Below are positions 28,498 through 37,878 of a stretch of 64,000 bases of DNA, in pieces. A model generated the notes under the pieces. The model was not told the origin of the DNA. It searched no databases and saw only the letters and a program-made list of their open reading frames with translations. Made by a program: the position numbers and the translations under genes. Origin of the DNA: Candidatus Caldarchaeum sp. (GTDB lineage Archaea; Thermoproteota; Nitrososphaeria_A; Caldarchaeales; Caldarchaeaceae). How positions within the stretch are numbered: the first letter of the stretch is position 1; each line of letters starts with the position of its first letter. The DNA lies in NCBI GenBank assembly GCA_038885755.1, contig JAVZZH010000001.1:352001-416000 (forward strand). Reading direction: 5' to 3'.

Positions 28498-31094
28498 CCC
28501 AGCTTCCTACGAGATGGGGCATCTTTATGCTTTAACAGCTGCAAGACAACCGAGAAGACCGCGGCTGCCAGAGACGTGGCTGTATATGGAGTAATGGGCA
28601 GGACAACCTCTTGGACGCCCTTTTGCGGCGTCAGCTTCAACCAGTAGGTGAGGAACTTCGACTCGATTACAGCTTGTTCCGCGTAGTCGGTTAGCTGGCT
28701 GAAGTAAGCTATGCCTTTCTCGTCTGTTTGGACGGTTTCCTCAACCCCCATGCCGTTCCTAATCAGGACCCTTGAGCTCACGAAGGGGATGCCGAACAGG
28801 TCTCTCGCCTTGAGAACAAGGCTGCCGACCTTTACGCCTAGGAGGAGCGTCCCCGGTTCTGCGACAACAACCTTTTCAACGGTTTTCACGTCAAGGCCTT
28901 TGAACAACACAGCCTCCACCTCGACCACTCCGACTGGAATCCAGTAGCTTGAACCAGCCCTAAGCACGAATTGCTCACCCAGAGAGGTTTTCAACAAAAC
29001 GGTGGCGTTCACTTCCTTCCCGTCTCTAGAGACGATCACGGGAGATACCAAGGCTTCGTGCCGGTAGACCGCCTTCAGGTTTTTGGGGCCGTCCACGTAA
29101 ACTCTCGCAACGCTTCCATCAACGCTTTCGACGTCGCCATCCCAGCCGACGAACACGCTCCTCTCAGTTTCTCCCCGATAAACAACCTCCTCCCCCTCCA
29201 CGAACAATTCCCGGCCGACAGCCAGCCAGAGCTCAGAAGACCCGTTCAGCTTCTCCACCCTGACAAGAGCCTCGAGAACCCATTCGGCTTTGAACCTCGC
29301 AGGCTCCCGCACAACCAACTCCACAGCCGGCTCAACTCCTAACCCGGCCCAGCCGACAAACCTGTACCTGAGGCCGTGACCAACGCTCCTCAACACCTGT
29401 CCAGCGTTTAGGAGTATGCGTTCGTCCTTGGCGAACCATCCGCTTTCAACCTCGACGGGCTGCAGAGACTCAATCTCCACGTAGTAGTAGACTCTGTAAA
29501 CGGCTTTGGCTTGGACAGGGTTTTTGACAACGATAGTTGCTATCGTGGTGTTGAGCTGAAGCCCCTGCCATTCCTGGAAAACAGCCTTAGTATTGTTTTC
29601 CCATGTGATTGTCGACTGGGCCGAGAGCATTACGACATCGTCCTCAACATGCCACGCGTCGTGGAGAAGGGCTTCACCATGGCTGCTTCTCACCTGTACA
29701 CGGAACTCCTTCCTCCAGCCTGCGACGACTGTTATGGGCTGGTTGACGTGAACCCTGTAAGAGTTTTCGTCGAGCTTCTCCATAGCCGAGCTTGAATTTA
29801 GCGTAGAAAGTGTATGCCTGATGTCTTCCTCAGTGTAAACCTGCGTCTGGAGGATTCTCAGAACGGCCGTGCTGCCCTCCGGATACCATCCGCCGCCCTC
29901 GATTACATCGAACGGCGAGATTACCGAGACTAGGAACTCTTTCACATACAATGCCTCAACATCTAGAGGCCTGCTGACCACGACTCGCCTAATCCTGCTG
30001 TTGTCGCCGTCGCTCCAGCCCACGAACCTAAGCCTAACCCCCTCCTCCATCAGGCTGTACTCCACTGCATCCAGCTGAATCGTACTGCCTCTCCTCACCC
30101 ACTCCTGATTCACTCCGTCGAGGCGTTTGACAGAAACTAGGTAGTAAACGCCGTACCTCGCTGTAAAGTCGTGGGAGGTGTTAACGTTTTGCACGAGCTG
30201 AAAGTCTTCGGATATTTTGACGCCGTTTACATACCAGCCTTCGAACCGGAAAAGCGTGCCGTTTCCATAATCGATCAGGGGCGTTGCGCTGTAGCTGAAA
30301 ACCTGTCCATACGCCAGCTGGGTCGAGTGTAGGAAGACTCTGCCTAGTTCAGACTCCATCAACACTCTTACAGTATAAACTTCCGGTATAGGTGCTAGGT
30401 ATTTGTAGGCGATTCCCTCTGGAAGCGATACGGTTGACTGTCTGGGACTGCTGTAGATTGTCTGGGAGACCCATGAATAAGCCACGGCCAGGGCGTAGAC
30501 GTTGAGGGTTGATGGAAACTCGGCTGAGTTTAAATGAGTATACATCAGGTCTTGGCTGTATGTTGAGTGGTCTAGGCCGAGGACGTGTCCGTATTCGTGG
30601 GCCGCCACCTTGTACGCTGTTATGGGGTTGTTGCCCACGCATGTTCTCGATATTTGTATGGAGGCTCTCATGATTGCTTGTGTTGCGGTGTTAAACCTCA
30701 GCGACGCAACACCGCATACGTTGTTCCCGAGAGAATCTACGTAGGATATGCTAACGTCGGCGTCAGACTCCCTTAGCACGTAATTATACCTTAAAGAGAG
30801 AAGGTAAGAGTATCCGTACTCGCCGACGAAGGCCCTTATGCTGCCGTACCAAACCTCGACTCCTCTCCTTGCGGCTGAGTCCAGAACATCCGAGCCAGAG
30901 GGCTGGATGTAAACGTTAAGACTGGTTTTAGACCAAGACCCTATCAAGTCTATCTGCCTGCTGCTCTCCTGAAGAGGTGTGAAAGCTTCTGGAGACAGGA
31001 CTTGGATGGTTAGGTCGTACTCGGTAGGCGTCTGGGGTAGTAAAACAGCCGATAGAAAGACGGTCAGAAGGATGCTGGCGAAAGCATGTATCAA
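28494..31094 (-). CDS. Cell-surface matrixin/M10-like zinc metalloprotease with repeated beta domains and C-terminal anchor
   Basis: Signal peptide; HEYGHVLGLDH plus Met-turn DLMY; repeats with F.GW; C-terminal TM. Confidence 0.8.
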   Translation of the reverse strand: MIHAFASILLTVFLSAVLLPQTPTEYDLTIQVLSPEAFTPLQESSRQIDLIGSWSKTSLNVYIQPSGSDVLDSAARRGVEVWYGSIRAFVGEYGYSYLLSLRYNYVLRESDADVSISYVDSLGNNVCGVASLRFNTATQAIMRASIQISRTCVGNNPITAYKVAAHEYGHVLGLDHSTYSQDLMYTHLNSAEFPSTLNVYALAVAYSWVSQTIYSSPRQSTVSLPEGIAYKYLAPIPEVYTVRVLMESELGRVFLHSTQLAYGQVFSYSATPLIDYGNGTLFRFEGWYVNGVKISEDFQLVQNVNTSHDFTARYGVYYLVSVKRLDGVNQEWVRRGSTIQLDAVEYSLMEEGVRLRFVGWSDGDNSRIRRVVVSRPLDVEALYVKEFLVSVISPFDVIEGGGWYPEGSTAVLRILQTQVYTEEDIRHTLSTLNSSSAMEKLDENSYRVHVNQPITVVAGWRKEFRVQVRSSHGEALLHDAWHVEDDVVMLSAQSTITWENNTKAVFQEWQGLQLNTTIATIVVKNPVQAKAVYRVYYYVEIESLQPVEVESGWFAKDERILLNAGQVLRSVGHGLRYRFVGWAGLGVEPAVELVVREPARFKAEWVLEALVRVEKLNGSSELWLAVGRELFVEGEEVVYRGETERSVFVGWDGDVESVDGSVARVYVDGPKNLKAVYRHEALVSPVIVSRDGKEVNATVLLKTSLGEQFVLRAGSSYWIPVGVVEVEAVLFKGLDVKTVEKVVVAEPGTLLLGVKVGSLVLKARDLFGIPFVSSRVLIRNGMGVEETVQTDEKGIAYFSQLTDYAEQAVIESKFLTYWLKLTPQKGVQEVVLPITPYTATSLAAAVFSVVLQLLKHKDAPSRRKLG

Positions 31095-31139
31095 TCTTGA
31101 TTACTGATCGGGTGGCCGGGACATAAAGCTTTAACGGAG

Positions 31140-31201
31140 GCGGCTCAGCCAAACGCCTTCAAGTCATCTTCTTCCTCTTAACTCTGACACATCACGGCCG
31201 C
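31140..31201 (-). ncRNA. Box C/D methylation-guide sRNA
   Basis: GCGGC/GCCGC terminal stem; C box GTGATGT, D' AGGA, C' AAGATGA, D CTGA; guides GTCAGAGTTAAG and CTTGAAGGCGTTTGG complementary to recalled 23S H69/H71 sequence. Confidence 0.8.
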
Positions 31202-31243
31202 AGCATATACATATCAACAAGCTTCTCTTAACTTTAAACCGGC

Positions 31244-32029
31244 ATGGACGCCGGAACCGCGGAAATTCAAGACTCCGACAAAGTGCTGATAATCACAGAG
31301 AAGAAAAAGAGATACTTGGTTCAAGTTAGGCAGGGTAAGAAGTTTCACAGCAGCGAGGGGTTCATAGACACCTCCGTCCTCATCGGCAAGCCCTTCGGAT
31401 GCCGAGTCGTCAGCAACACCGGGTCTAGGTGGGTTGTGCTCAGGCCGACGGTCGTCGACAGGCTCATGTTCTTCCCAAGGACAACGCAGATAGTCTACCC
31501 GAAAGACTTGGGCTACATAGTTGTCGCCTCGGGAGTCGGGCCCGGGAGCAGAGTTCTAGAAGCCGGTACTGGGACCGGTGTTTTAACCGCCATGCTCGCG
31601 CACATCGTCAGGCCTACAGGCATGGTTTACAGCTACGACGTCAGGGAGGAGTATCTTGAAGCGGTCAAGCTTAGGCTTAGGCAGCTTGGCCTAGACAAGT
31701 TTGTCGAGCTCAGGCTCGGAGACGTGGCAAAGGATGCCTCCGAGAAAGAGATTGACGCGGCCATCATAGACATCCCAGAGCCTTGGACGGCTTCTAAACG
31801 TTGCCACGAATGTCTGAAGCCCAGCGGAGTCTGGGTATCGGTGAGCCCGACCGTGGAGCAGGTTGTTCAGACATGCGAGGCGTTGGAGGAAACAGGGTAC
31901 AGCGACATAACCTGCGTCGAGATCTTGCTGAGGAACATGAGAGTTAAGAGAGGTATGACGAGGCCGGAGTTCATCATGAGAGGACACACCGCCTACATCG
32001 TCTCGGCTAGGAAAACTGTGGTCGACTAG
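31244..32029 (+). CDS. trmI: tRNA (adenine-N1)-methyltransferase m1A58
   Basis: TQIVYPKD, EAGTGTG, DIPEPW, GHTAY. Confidence 0.93.
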   Translation: MDAGTAEIQDSDKVLIITEKKKRYLVQVRQGKKFHSSEGFIDTSVLIGKPFGCRVVSNTGSRWVVLRPTVVDRLMFFPRTTQIVYPKDLGYIVVASGVGPGSRVLEAGTGTGVLTAMLAHIVRPTGMVYSYDVREEYLEAVKLRLRQLGLDKFVELRLGDVAKDASEKEIDAAIIDIPEPWTASKRCHECLKPSGVWVSVSPTVEQVVQTCEALEETGYSDITCVEILLRNMRVKRGMTRPEFIMRGHTAYIVSARKTVVD

Positions 32030-32631
32030 GAGCCTCGGCCGCCAAGCTCCTCGATACACTGGACGATCTGCTTGGCTGCATCCTCCGCGTGCTGGAAGGG
32101 ATAGGCTTGAGGATATTTTAGGTCAAGTATCTTCAGATAACACATGGCCGAGTTTGCGGCCGCCACAACAAACTGCCTTCCCAGGTTCTGGTCGTAGATA
32201 ATCTGCTCGATGCTCGACAGCTCTCTCTTACGCTCAACTCCAGCAGCCACATCCTTCATACGCCTCTCAACTATATCCTCGGGCCTGAACTCCATGTAAA
32301 CTATGACCTCGGGCTTTATCAGCTTGACAACTTCGTCGGGCAAGCCCGGATAGTAGGTTGACCCTGACTTGATTACCGAGTGGGTGTCGACGATAACCTT
32401 GCTGTCGAGACCGGCTATCTTCTCCGCTGCAGCGATCTGCAGCCTCTGATAATCCCTGAGCCCGAGAGCTCTCCGCATCTCGTCTCTATGTTTTACCCCG
32501 TACCTGTTTGACGCCTCCTCGAACATAAGGTCGCCGAAGTTAACGACCCTTACGTCAGGCAGCATGTCGGCGACTTTTCTGATGGTCGTTGTCTTTCCCG
32601 AGCCGGGCAGAGCCGTTACAACGATTTTCAC
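32026..32631 (-). CDS. adkA: Archaeal adenylate kinase
   Basis: PGSGKTT, NFGDLM, RDEMR, IVDTH, YYPGLP. Confidence 0.9.
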   Translation of the reverse strand: MKIVVTALPGSGKTTTIRKVADMLPDVRVVNFGDLMFEEASNRYGVKHRDEMRRALGLRDYQRLQIAAAEKIAGLDSKVIVDTHSVIKSGSTYYPGLPDEVVKLIKPEVIVYMEFRPEDIVERRMKDVAAGVERKRELSSIEQIIYDQNLGRQFVVAAANSAMCYLKILDLKYPQAYPFQHAEDAAKQIVQCIEELGGRGS

Positions 32632-32661
32632 AGTCTAAGTCTCTACAGCGCCGTAAAAAAC

Positions 32662-33507
32662 TTACCCCCCGGGGAGCTCGAGCTGTTTCTCAAGCTTCTG
32701 CTTCATAGACAAATACTCGCTCTGCTTGAGCTCGCCGATTTTATACCGGAGCTCCAGCTTGGTCAACTCTTTCTTGATTTTGTGGTGCTGTTCCATCAAA
32801 ACGTCTAGGACTTTCAGAGCTGCGTCGATGTCTTCCTCAATCTGGGTGACGATGTTTTCCTTGATTCCCAACTCCCTTCCGCTGGTTTTGATTTTGTTGA
32901 GCTTCTCTTCGAGCTGTGTCTTGAACGATGGAAGGTCGCCCAGCCTTATGTTGAAGGGGTTCCTGAGGTACATCAGCTTCGGCCTAAGCTTGCTCACCTC
33001 CCTCTCAATCTCAAGCTTCTGAGTGATGTACTGCCTGTCAGGAATCTCACCTACCTCATGCTTAACCTTAAGCTTCTCCAGCATCGACCCGAGGTTGTTC
33101 AGCCTCTCCTCAACCTTCTTAATCTCGTTCTCCCTCCTCTCGTTCAGCGTCTTCAACCTCGACCTGTATTCGGTGTAAAGCTCCTCGAAGACCTCCGGGT
33201 CAGCCTCCCGCTCAATCATCAAATCCATCAACCTGAGATACCACGAGTAGACGGATGAAGTCTGGTCAACCAGCCTCTTCTCCTCAACAACAGCTTCTTC
33301 GACGCTAGCAGCAGACACTCCGGCGGCCTGTTCGACAGCCTCGACAGTGGCTTCAGCAGCCGGGCCCGCCGGAACTTCCGCAGCCTCGGGAGGTGCCTGA
33401 GCAACCGGTTCGACAGGCTTCTCCAGCGTGTAGCCGCAGTATATACAGAACTTCCCCTTGATCGTCAGCCGGTGGCAGTTGGGGCATTCAACTCTTGTGG
33501 TGGCCAA
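32662..33507 (-). CDS. Zinc-ribbon protein with CdvA-like coiled-coil repeats
   Basis: CPNC..CIYC, Ala/Pro linker, LKVKHEVGEIPDRQY and LELRYKIGELKQSEY. Confidence 0.65.
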   Translation of the reverse strand: MATTRVECPNCHRLTIKGKFCIYCGYTLEKPVEPVAQAPPEAAEVPAGPAAEATVEAVEQAAGVSAASVEEAVVEEKRLVDQTSSVYSWYLRLMDLMIEREADPEVFEELYTEYRSRLKTLNERRENEIKKVEERLNNLGSMLEKLKVKHEVGEIPDRQYITQKLEIEREVSKLRPKLMYLRNPFNIRLGDLPSFKTQLEEKLNKIKTSGRELGIKENIVTQIEEDIDAALKVLDVLMEQHHKIKKELTKLELRYKIGELKQSEYLSMKQKLEKQLELPGG

Positions 33508-33645
33508 TTCACTCCTTTAGAGTTTTTCGGGTTAATAAAACTTATCACAGGGTCTTTTGAAGGCAATTTCGGGATAATACCGTCAGGAATTCCTGTGAAA
33601 GTGGGCTGGGCAAATCTCGGTCTTCTTTGGAGTTTTAACGTCCTT

Positions 33646-33658
33646 GAAAAGGTTTTAA
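33646..33658 (+). promoter_or_regulatory. BRE-TATA promoter of the histone gene
   Basis: GAAAAGG TTTTAA about 24 nt upstream of ATG 33682. Confidence 0.6.
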
Positions 33659-33681
33659 GCAGGACTACCGAACCCAGATCG

Positions 33682-33921
33682 ATGAGCGACGAGCAATCAG
33701 ATTTTCCGTCTGCGCCTATTCATCGCCTGATGAAGAAAGCTGGGGCTGGCAGAGTCAGCGAGGACGCGGCCGAGGAGCTCAAGAGGGTTCTTGAGAGCGT
33801 CGGAGCCATGATCGCTAAGGAGGCCCATGAGCTTGCGCAGTACGCTGGCCGGAGAACTGTCAAGAAGGAGGATGTTGAGAGAGCTGCTAGAACCGTTTTG
33901 CGGGGTGTTATCGGGTCTTAG
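33682..33921 (+). CDS. Archaeal histone (HMf family)
   Basis: FPSAPIHRLMKKAGAGRVSEDA..AGRRTVKKED; start moved to ATG 33682 behind the TATA box. Confidence 0.95.
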   Translation: MSDEQSDFPSAPIHRLMKKAGAGRVSEDAAEELKRVLESVGAMIAKEAHELAQYAGRRTVKKEDVERAARTVLRGVIGS

Positions 33922-33976
33922 TCCCGTTTAGCTTTAAATTCATCCATCTAAAGCCTCAGATTAGGGTTGATGTGAA

Positions 33977-35608
33977 ATGTCTCTAGCACCAGGTCAGCCA
34001 GTAATAATTCTGAAGGAGGGGACGACGAGGACGCAGGGAAGGTCTGCGCAGAGGAACAACATAGCAGCTGCGAAGATCATCGCGGAGATCGTCAGAACTA
34101 CTCTGGGCCCGAAAGGGATGGACAAGCTGTTGGTCGATAACATCGGCGATGTGATAGTGACGAACGACGGCGCCACGATCCTCGAGAAGATAGACGTCGA
34201 GCATCCCGCCGCGAAGATGATAATCGAGGTGGCGAAGTCTCAGGACCACGTTGTCGGAGACGGCACGACGACAGCCGTTGTGCTTGCCGGCGAGCTTCTC
34301 AGGAAAGCTGAGGAGCTGATCGAGCAGAAGATACACGCCAGCACTATCATATCGGGCTACAAGAAAGGGCTTGAAATGGCTTTGAACGTCCTCAACGAAA
34401 ACGCTGTAAAGATAGACCTGAACGACCGCCAGACCCTCCGCAAGGTCATAACAACAGCTCTCGGCAGCAAATCCCTCGGCTTCGCCCTCGACAGGCTTGT
34501 TGACGTGGCCATCGACTCTGTTCTGAGCGTGGTCAAGGAGGTGAACGGCAAGCTCAAGGCAGACAAGGACGACATACAGATTGTCAAAAAGATCGGCAAG
34601 AGCCTTAACGAGACGGAGCTGGTTAGGGGTGTAATCGTCGACAAGGAGGTTGTGCACGCCGCCATGCCTAAACGGGTTGAGAACGCCAAGATCGCACTGA
34701 TCGACAGCCCGTTCGAGATCGAGAAGACCGAGTTCAGCGCCGAGATAAGAATCAGAGACCCGCTGAAGATAAAGGAGTTTCTCGACGAGGAGACGAACAT
34801 TCTCAAGGGGATGGTTGACAAGGTCAAGGCCGTTGGCGCGAACGTTGTGTTCTGCCAGAAGGGTATCGACGACGCCGCCCAGTTCTTCCTAGCTAAGGAG
34901 GGCATACTGGCGGTGCGTAGAGTCAAGAAGAGCGACATGGAGAAGCTCGCTAAGGCCACCGGTGGAAGGGTTGTGACGAACTTCGAAGACCTCTCGCCTA
35001 AGGACCTTGGAAAAGCCGGTCTGGTCGAGGAGAGAAAGATAGGTGAGGATAGAATGGTGTTCGTCGAGAAGTGCGAGAACCCGAAGGCTGTCGCGGTTCT
35101 GCTGAGGGCCGGGCTGGAGCGGCAGCTCGACGAGGCTGAGAGAGCCCTGAACGACGCGATAATGAACATGGTGGATTTGGTCGACGACCCGCGTGTGGTG
35201 CCCGGAGGCGGGGCTATCGAGGCGGAGCTTGCGAAGAACTTGAGGCTCAACGCCGGTAAGTTCTCCGGCAAGGAGCAGCTGGCTTTCATGGCTTTCGCTG
35301 AAGCGCTCGAAGTCATTCCGAGAACGCTGGCGGAGAACGCTGGTCTCGAGCCTGTTGAGATAATGGCCCAGCTGCGACACGCGCACGAGAACAACGGAAA
35401 AAGCGTCGGCGTCAACATATTCGGCGGAGGAGTTGCCGACATGCTCAAAAACGGAGTAATCGAGCCGGCCAAAGTCAAGATACATGCGCTGAGGTCTAGC
35501 TTCGAAGCCTCTTCGATGATTCTACGCATCGACGACGTCGTCGCAGCATCCAAGAAGAAAGAGGAGAAGGAGAAGAAGAAGGAGGAATCCGAAACTCCGG
35601 AGTTCTAA
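33977..35608 (+). CDS. ths: Thermosome (group II chaperonin) subunit
   Basis: [23 protein letters not shown]. Confidence 0.97.
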   Translation: MSLAPGQPVIILKEGTTRTQGRSAQRNNIAAAKIIAEIVRTTLGPKGMDKLLVDNIGDVIVTNDGATILEKIDVEHPAAKMIIEVAKSQDHVVGDGTTTAVVLAGELLRKAEELIEQKIHASTIISGYKKGLEMALNVLNENAVKIDLNDRQTLRKVITTALGSKSLGFALDRLVDVAIDSVLSVVKEVNGKLKADKDDIQIVKKIGKSLNETELVRGVIVDKEVVHAAMPKRVENAKIALIDSPFEIEKTEFSAEIRIRDPLKIKEFLDEETNILKGMVDKVKAVGANVVFCQKGIDDAAQFFLAKEGILAVRRVKKSDMEKLAKATGGRVVTNFEDLSPKDLGKAGLVEERKIGEDRMVFVEKCENPKAVAVLLRAGLERQLDEAERALNDAIMNMVDLVDDPRVVPGGGAIEAELAKNLRLNAGKFSGKEQLAFMAFAEALEVIPRTLAENAGLEPVEIMAQLRHAHENNGKSVGVNIFGGGVADMLKNGVIEPAKVKIHALRSSFEASSMILRIDDVVAASKKKEEKEKKKEESETPEF

Positions 35609-35659
35609 ACTTTTTTAAACAACTACATATTTATTAGCTGAAATTTGCGACAGAGCTCG

Positions 35660-36037
35660 ATGAAAACGAGCCAAGCCTTGGGAGCTCTAGTGGGAGTCGG
35701 TGTTTTCGTGCAGATACTGCTGGGAGAGTCGGGGCTAGCCGCCGGCGTTCTCAGGGACGTGCATGCGACGATAGGTTTGGCGGGTCTTGCGGTCGTCCTA
35801 GGTTATGCTTACGTCGGCAGGCGGAGCAGGGTCGCCCTAGCGATGGCTTCCATAGTTGTTGTAATCACAATTGCTCAAGTTTTCCTAGGGCTATCGCTGT
35901 ATGGCCTTCTTCCCTTGACGATGAGCCATTCAGCTCTGGAGGTAAGCCATAGGTTCACGGCTTACGCTTTGTTCGCTGTAGGAATCGCTGTTAGCATCGT
36001 TGCAGTTGTTTTGAGAAGGAGGTCTTCCGCAGCCTAG
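35660..36037 (+). CDS. Four-TM membrane protein with two His (possible heme binder)
   Basis: Four hydrophobic helices; Q..LG twice; DVH and EVSHR. Confidence 0.65.
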   Translation: MKTSQALGALVGVGVFVQILLGESGLAAGVLRDVHATIGLAGLAVVLGYAYVGRRSRVALAMASIVVVITIAQVFLGLSLYGLLPLTMSHSALEVSHRFTAYALFAVGIAVSIVAVVLRRRSSAA

Positions 36038-36072
36038 AGTTTCGTTTAAATCCGAGAAATACACAACTACTG

Positions 36073-37281
36073 TTGATGGTTTTCCCATTTTTTTCTCTAC
36101 AAGATTTCAGCGTCGAGCTGACTGAGGAGCATGAAATATTCCGCAAGTCTGTGCGCGAGTTCGCCGAAAACGTTCTGGAGCGACATGTAGCCGAGATTGA
36201 GCGGACGAACAGGATCCCAGACCAGTTGATTGAGAAGGCGGCTGAGATGGGCTACTTCGGCCTCGGCATACCTGAGGAATACGGCGGTCAGGGAGTCGAC
36301 CTTGTCTCGGTCGCCATATACGTTGAGGAAATTTCAAGGGTGTGTCCAGCCTTCACAGTCGCTACGCTGGTTCACAGGCTGTTCACCTACCCGGTGATGG
36401 TTTACGGGACAGACGAACAGCGACGCAAGTATCTTCCACCCCTTGCCTCTGGAAAGAAGCACGCAAGCCATGCGACCACCGAGCCGGGCGCTGGCTCAGA
36501 CGTGGCGGGCATCCAGACGACCGCCGTCAGGAAGAATGGTGGCTGGGTGTTGAACGGCCGAAAATACTTCATATCGGGGGCTGATAAAGCCGACTACTTC
36601 ATAGTTCTAGCTAGGACTTCGCCGCCTCCCAGCAGGAAGGAGAGGAGCAAGGGATTGACTTTCTTCATAGTCGAAAAGGGTGCTGAGGGTCTTAAGCTGG
36701 GCGAGAGAATTGAAGTGATGGGGATCCGGGGCAGTCATCCGTACGAGCTTATTCTGGACAACGTCTACGTGTCCGAGGATAGCGTGGTGGGTGAAGAGGG
36801 GCAGGGTTTCAAGATTGCGATGGACACCTACGACCATGGCAGGATTGGTGTAGCAGCGCAAGCGGTCGGCATCGCCCAAGCATGCTTCGAGAAAAGCCTG
36901 CAATACACGCTTCAGCGGAGAGCCTTCGAAAGACCTCTGATATACTTCCAAGCCGTCCAGTTTCACATCAGCGAGATCCTGACATACCTCGAGGCCGCCC
37001 GGCTGATGCTCTACTGGTCGTCGACCATGGCGATGAAGAATAGGCAGGGAGCGGTCATGGCCGCCTCCATGGCTAAGCTGTTCGCCACAGAGGCGGCTGA
37101 AAAAGCGGCTCTCAAAGCCATCTCGCTGCACGGCGGCGTGGGCGTGGCCACCGACGGCATGGTCGAGAGGTTTCTGAGAGACACTCAGATACTGAAAACC
37201 TACGAAGGAGCCAACGACATACAGAAACTAGTAATACTTAGACAGATGCTCAAAACAACTTTCGGAATGGATGTGGAATAA
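36073..37281 (+). CDS. Acyl-CoA dehydrogenase
   Basis: TEPGAGSD, NGRKYFIS, HGGVG, YEGANDIQ. Confidence 0.95.
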   Translation: MMVFPFFSLQDFSVELTEEHEIFRKSVREFAENVLERHVAEIERTNRIPDQLIEKAAEMGYFGLGIPEEYGGQGVDLVSVAIYVEEISRVCPAFTVATLVHRLFTYPVMVYGTDEQRRKYLPPLASGKKHASHATTEPGAGSDVAGIQTTAVRKNGGWVLNGRKYFISGADKADYFIVLARTSPPPSRKERSKGLTFFIVEKGAEGLKLGERIEVMGIRGSHPYELILDNVYVSEDSVVGEEGQGFKIAMDTYDHGRIGVAAQAVGIAQACFEKSLQYTLQRRAFERPLIYFQAVQFHISEILTYLEAARLMLYWSSTMAMKNRQGAVMAASMAKLFATEAAEKAALKAISLHGGVGVATDGMVERFLRDTQILKTYEGANDIQKLVILRQMLKTTFGMDVE

Positions 37282-37332
37282 CCTTCCACAAACTTTTTTA
37301 GTAAACCACTACACGTTTGTCGAGGGAAGCCG

Positions 37333-37878
37333 ATGAACCATCTCCTCAAATTAGCTTCCGCCGCCTTAGCCAGCTTCGCCATAATATTCCTTCTCTCAAC
37401 TCTCGAGTTCACAGCGGAGCAGCCCATTCAGCTGGTCGTTGCGGCTGTGGTCTTAGCAGCCGTAGCAGCCGGCTTCGCTGGAAGATCCCCGTTTAGGGCT
37501 GCTGTGGGAGTCTTAATTGGCGGGGCGGCGGCTTTTACGCTGGCGTATTTCTGGGGCGTTAGGCTCTGGTCTCCTTCACCCGTACCCTCAGACCTACCTG
37601 TCGTAAGGATGATGCTCATAGGGGGCACCGCACTTCTGGCCGCCGGAGTCGGGCTTGTGGCCTCGGAAATTATATCTAAGCCCAAGCCGTCGGGTTTGAA
37701 GGAGGAGAAGCCGAAGCCGGTGAAGCAGCCTGTCGTCGAGCTTGAGGTTGTCAAGAAAGAGGTTCGAGATGTTGTTCAGGAGCCGGGAAACAGAGTTTGC
37801 AAGTTCTGCGAAAGCGTGATTCCAGCAGAGTCTGTCTTCTGCCCCATGTGCGGGGCAAAGCTGGTTGAAGCAGAGTGA
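37333..37878 (+). CDS. Membrane protein with C-terminal zinc ribbon
   Basis: Four TM helices; CKFC..FCPMCG. Confidence 0.75.
   Translation: MNHLLKLASAALASFAIIFLLSTLEFTAEQPIQLVVAAVVLAAVAAGFAGRSPFRAAVGVLIGGAAAFTLAYFWGVRLWSPSPVPSDLPVVRMMLIGGTALLAAGVGLVASEIISKPKPSGLKEEKPKPVKQPVVELEVVKKEVRDVVQEPGNRVCKFCESVIPAESVFCPMCGAKLVEAE

Noticed and set aside
33472-33681. 70-aa N-terminal histone tail suggested by the ORF track
   Set aside because: It overlaps the divergent gene, is not basic, and a BRE/TATA sits about 24 nt before ATG 33682.
34357-35553. 398-aa antisense ORF (and similar S/T/A-rich antisense ORFs throughout the window)
   Set aside because: Shadow frames of well-supported genes such as the thermosome.
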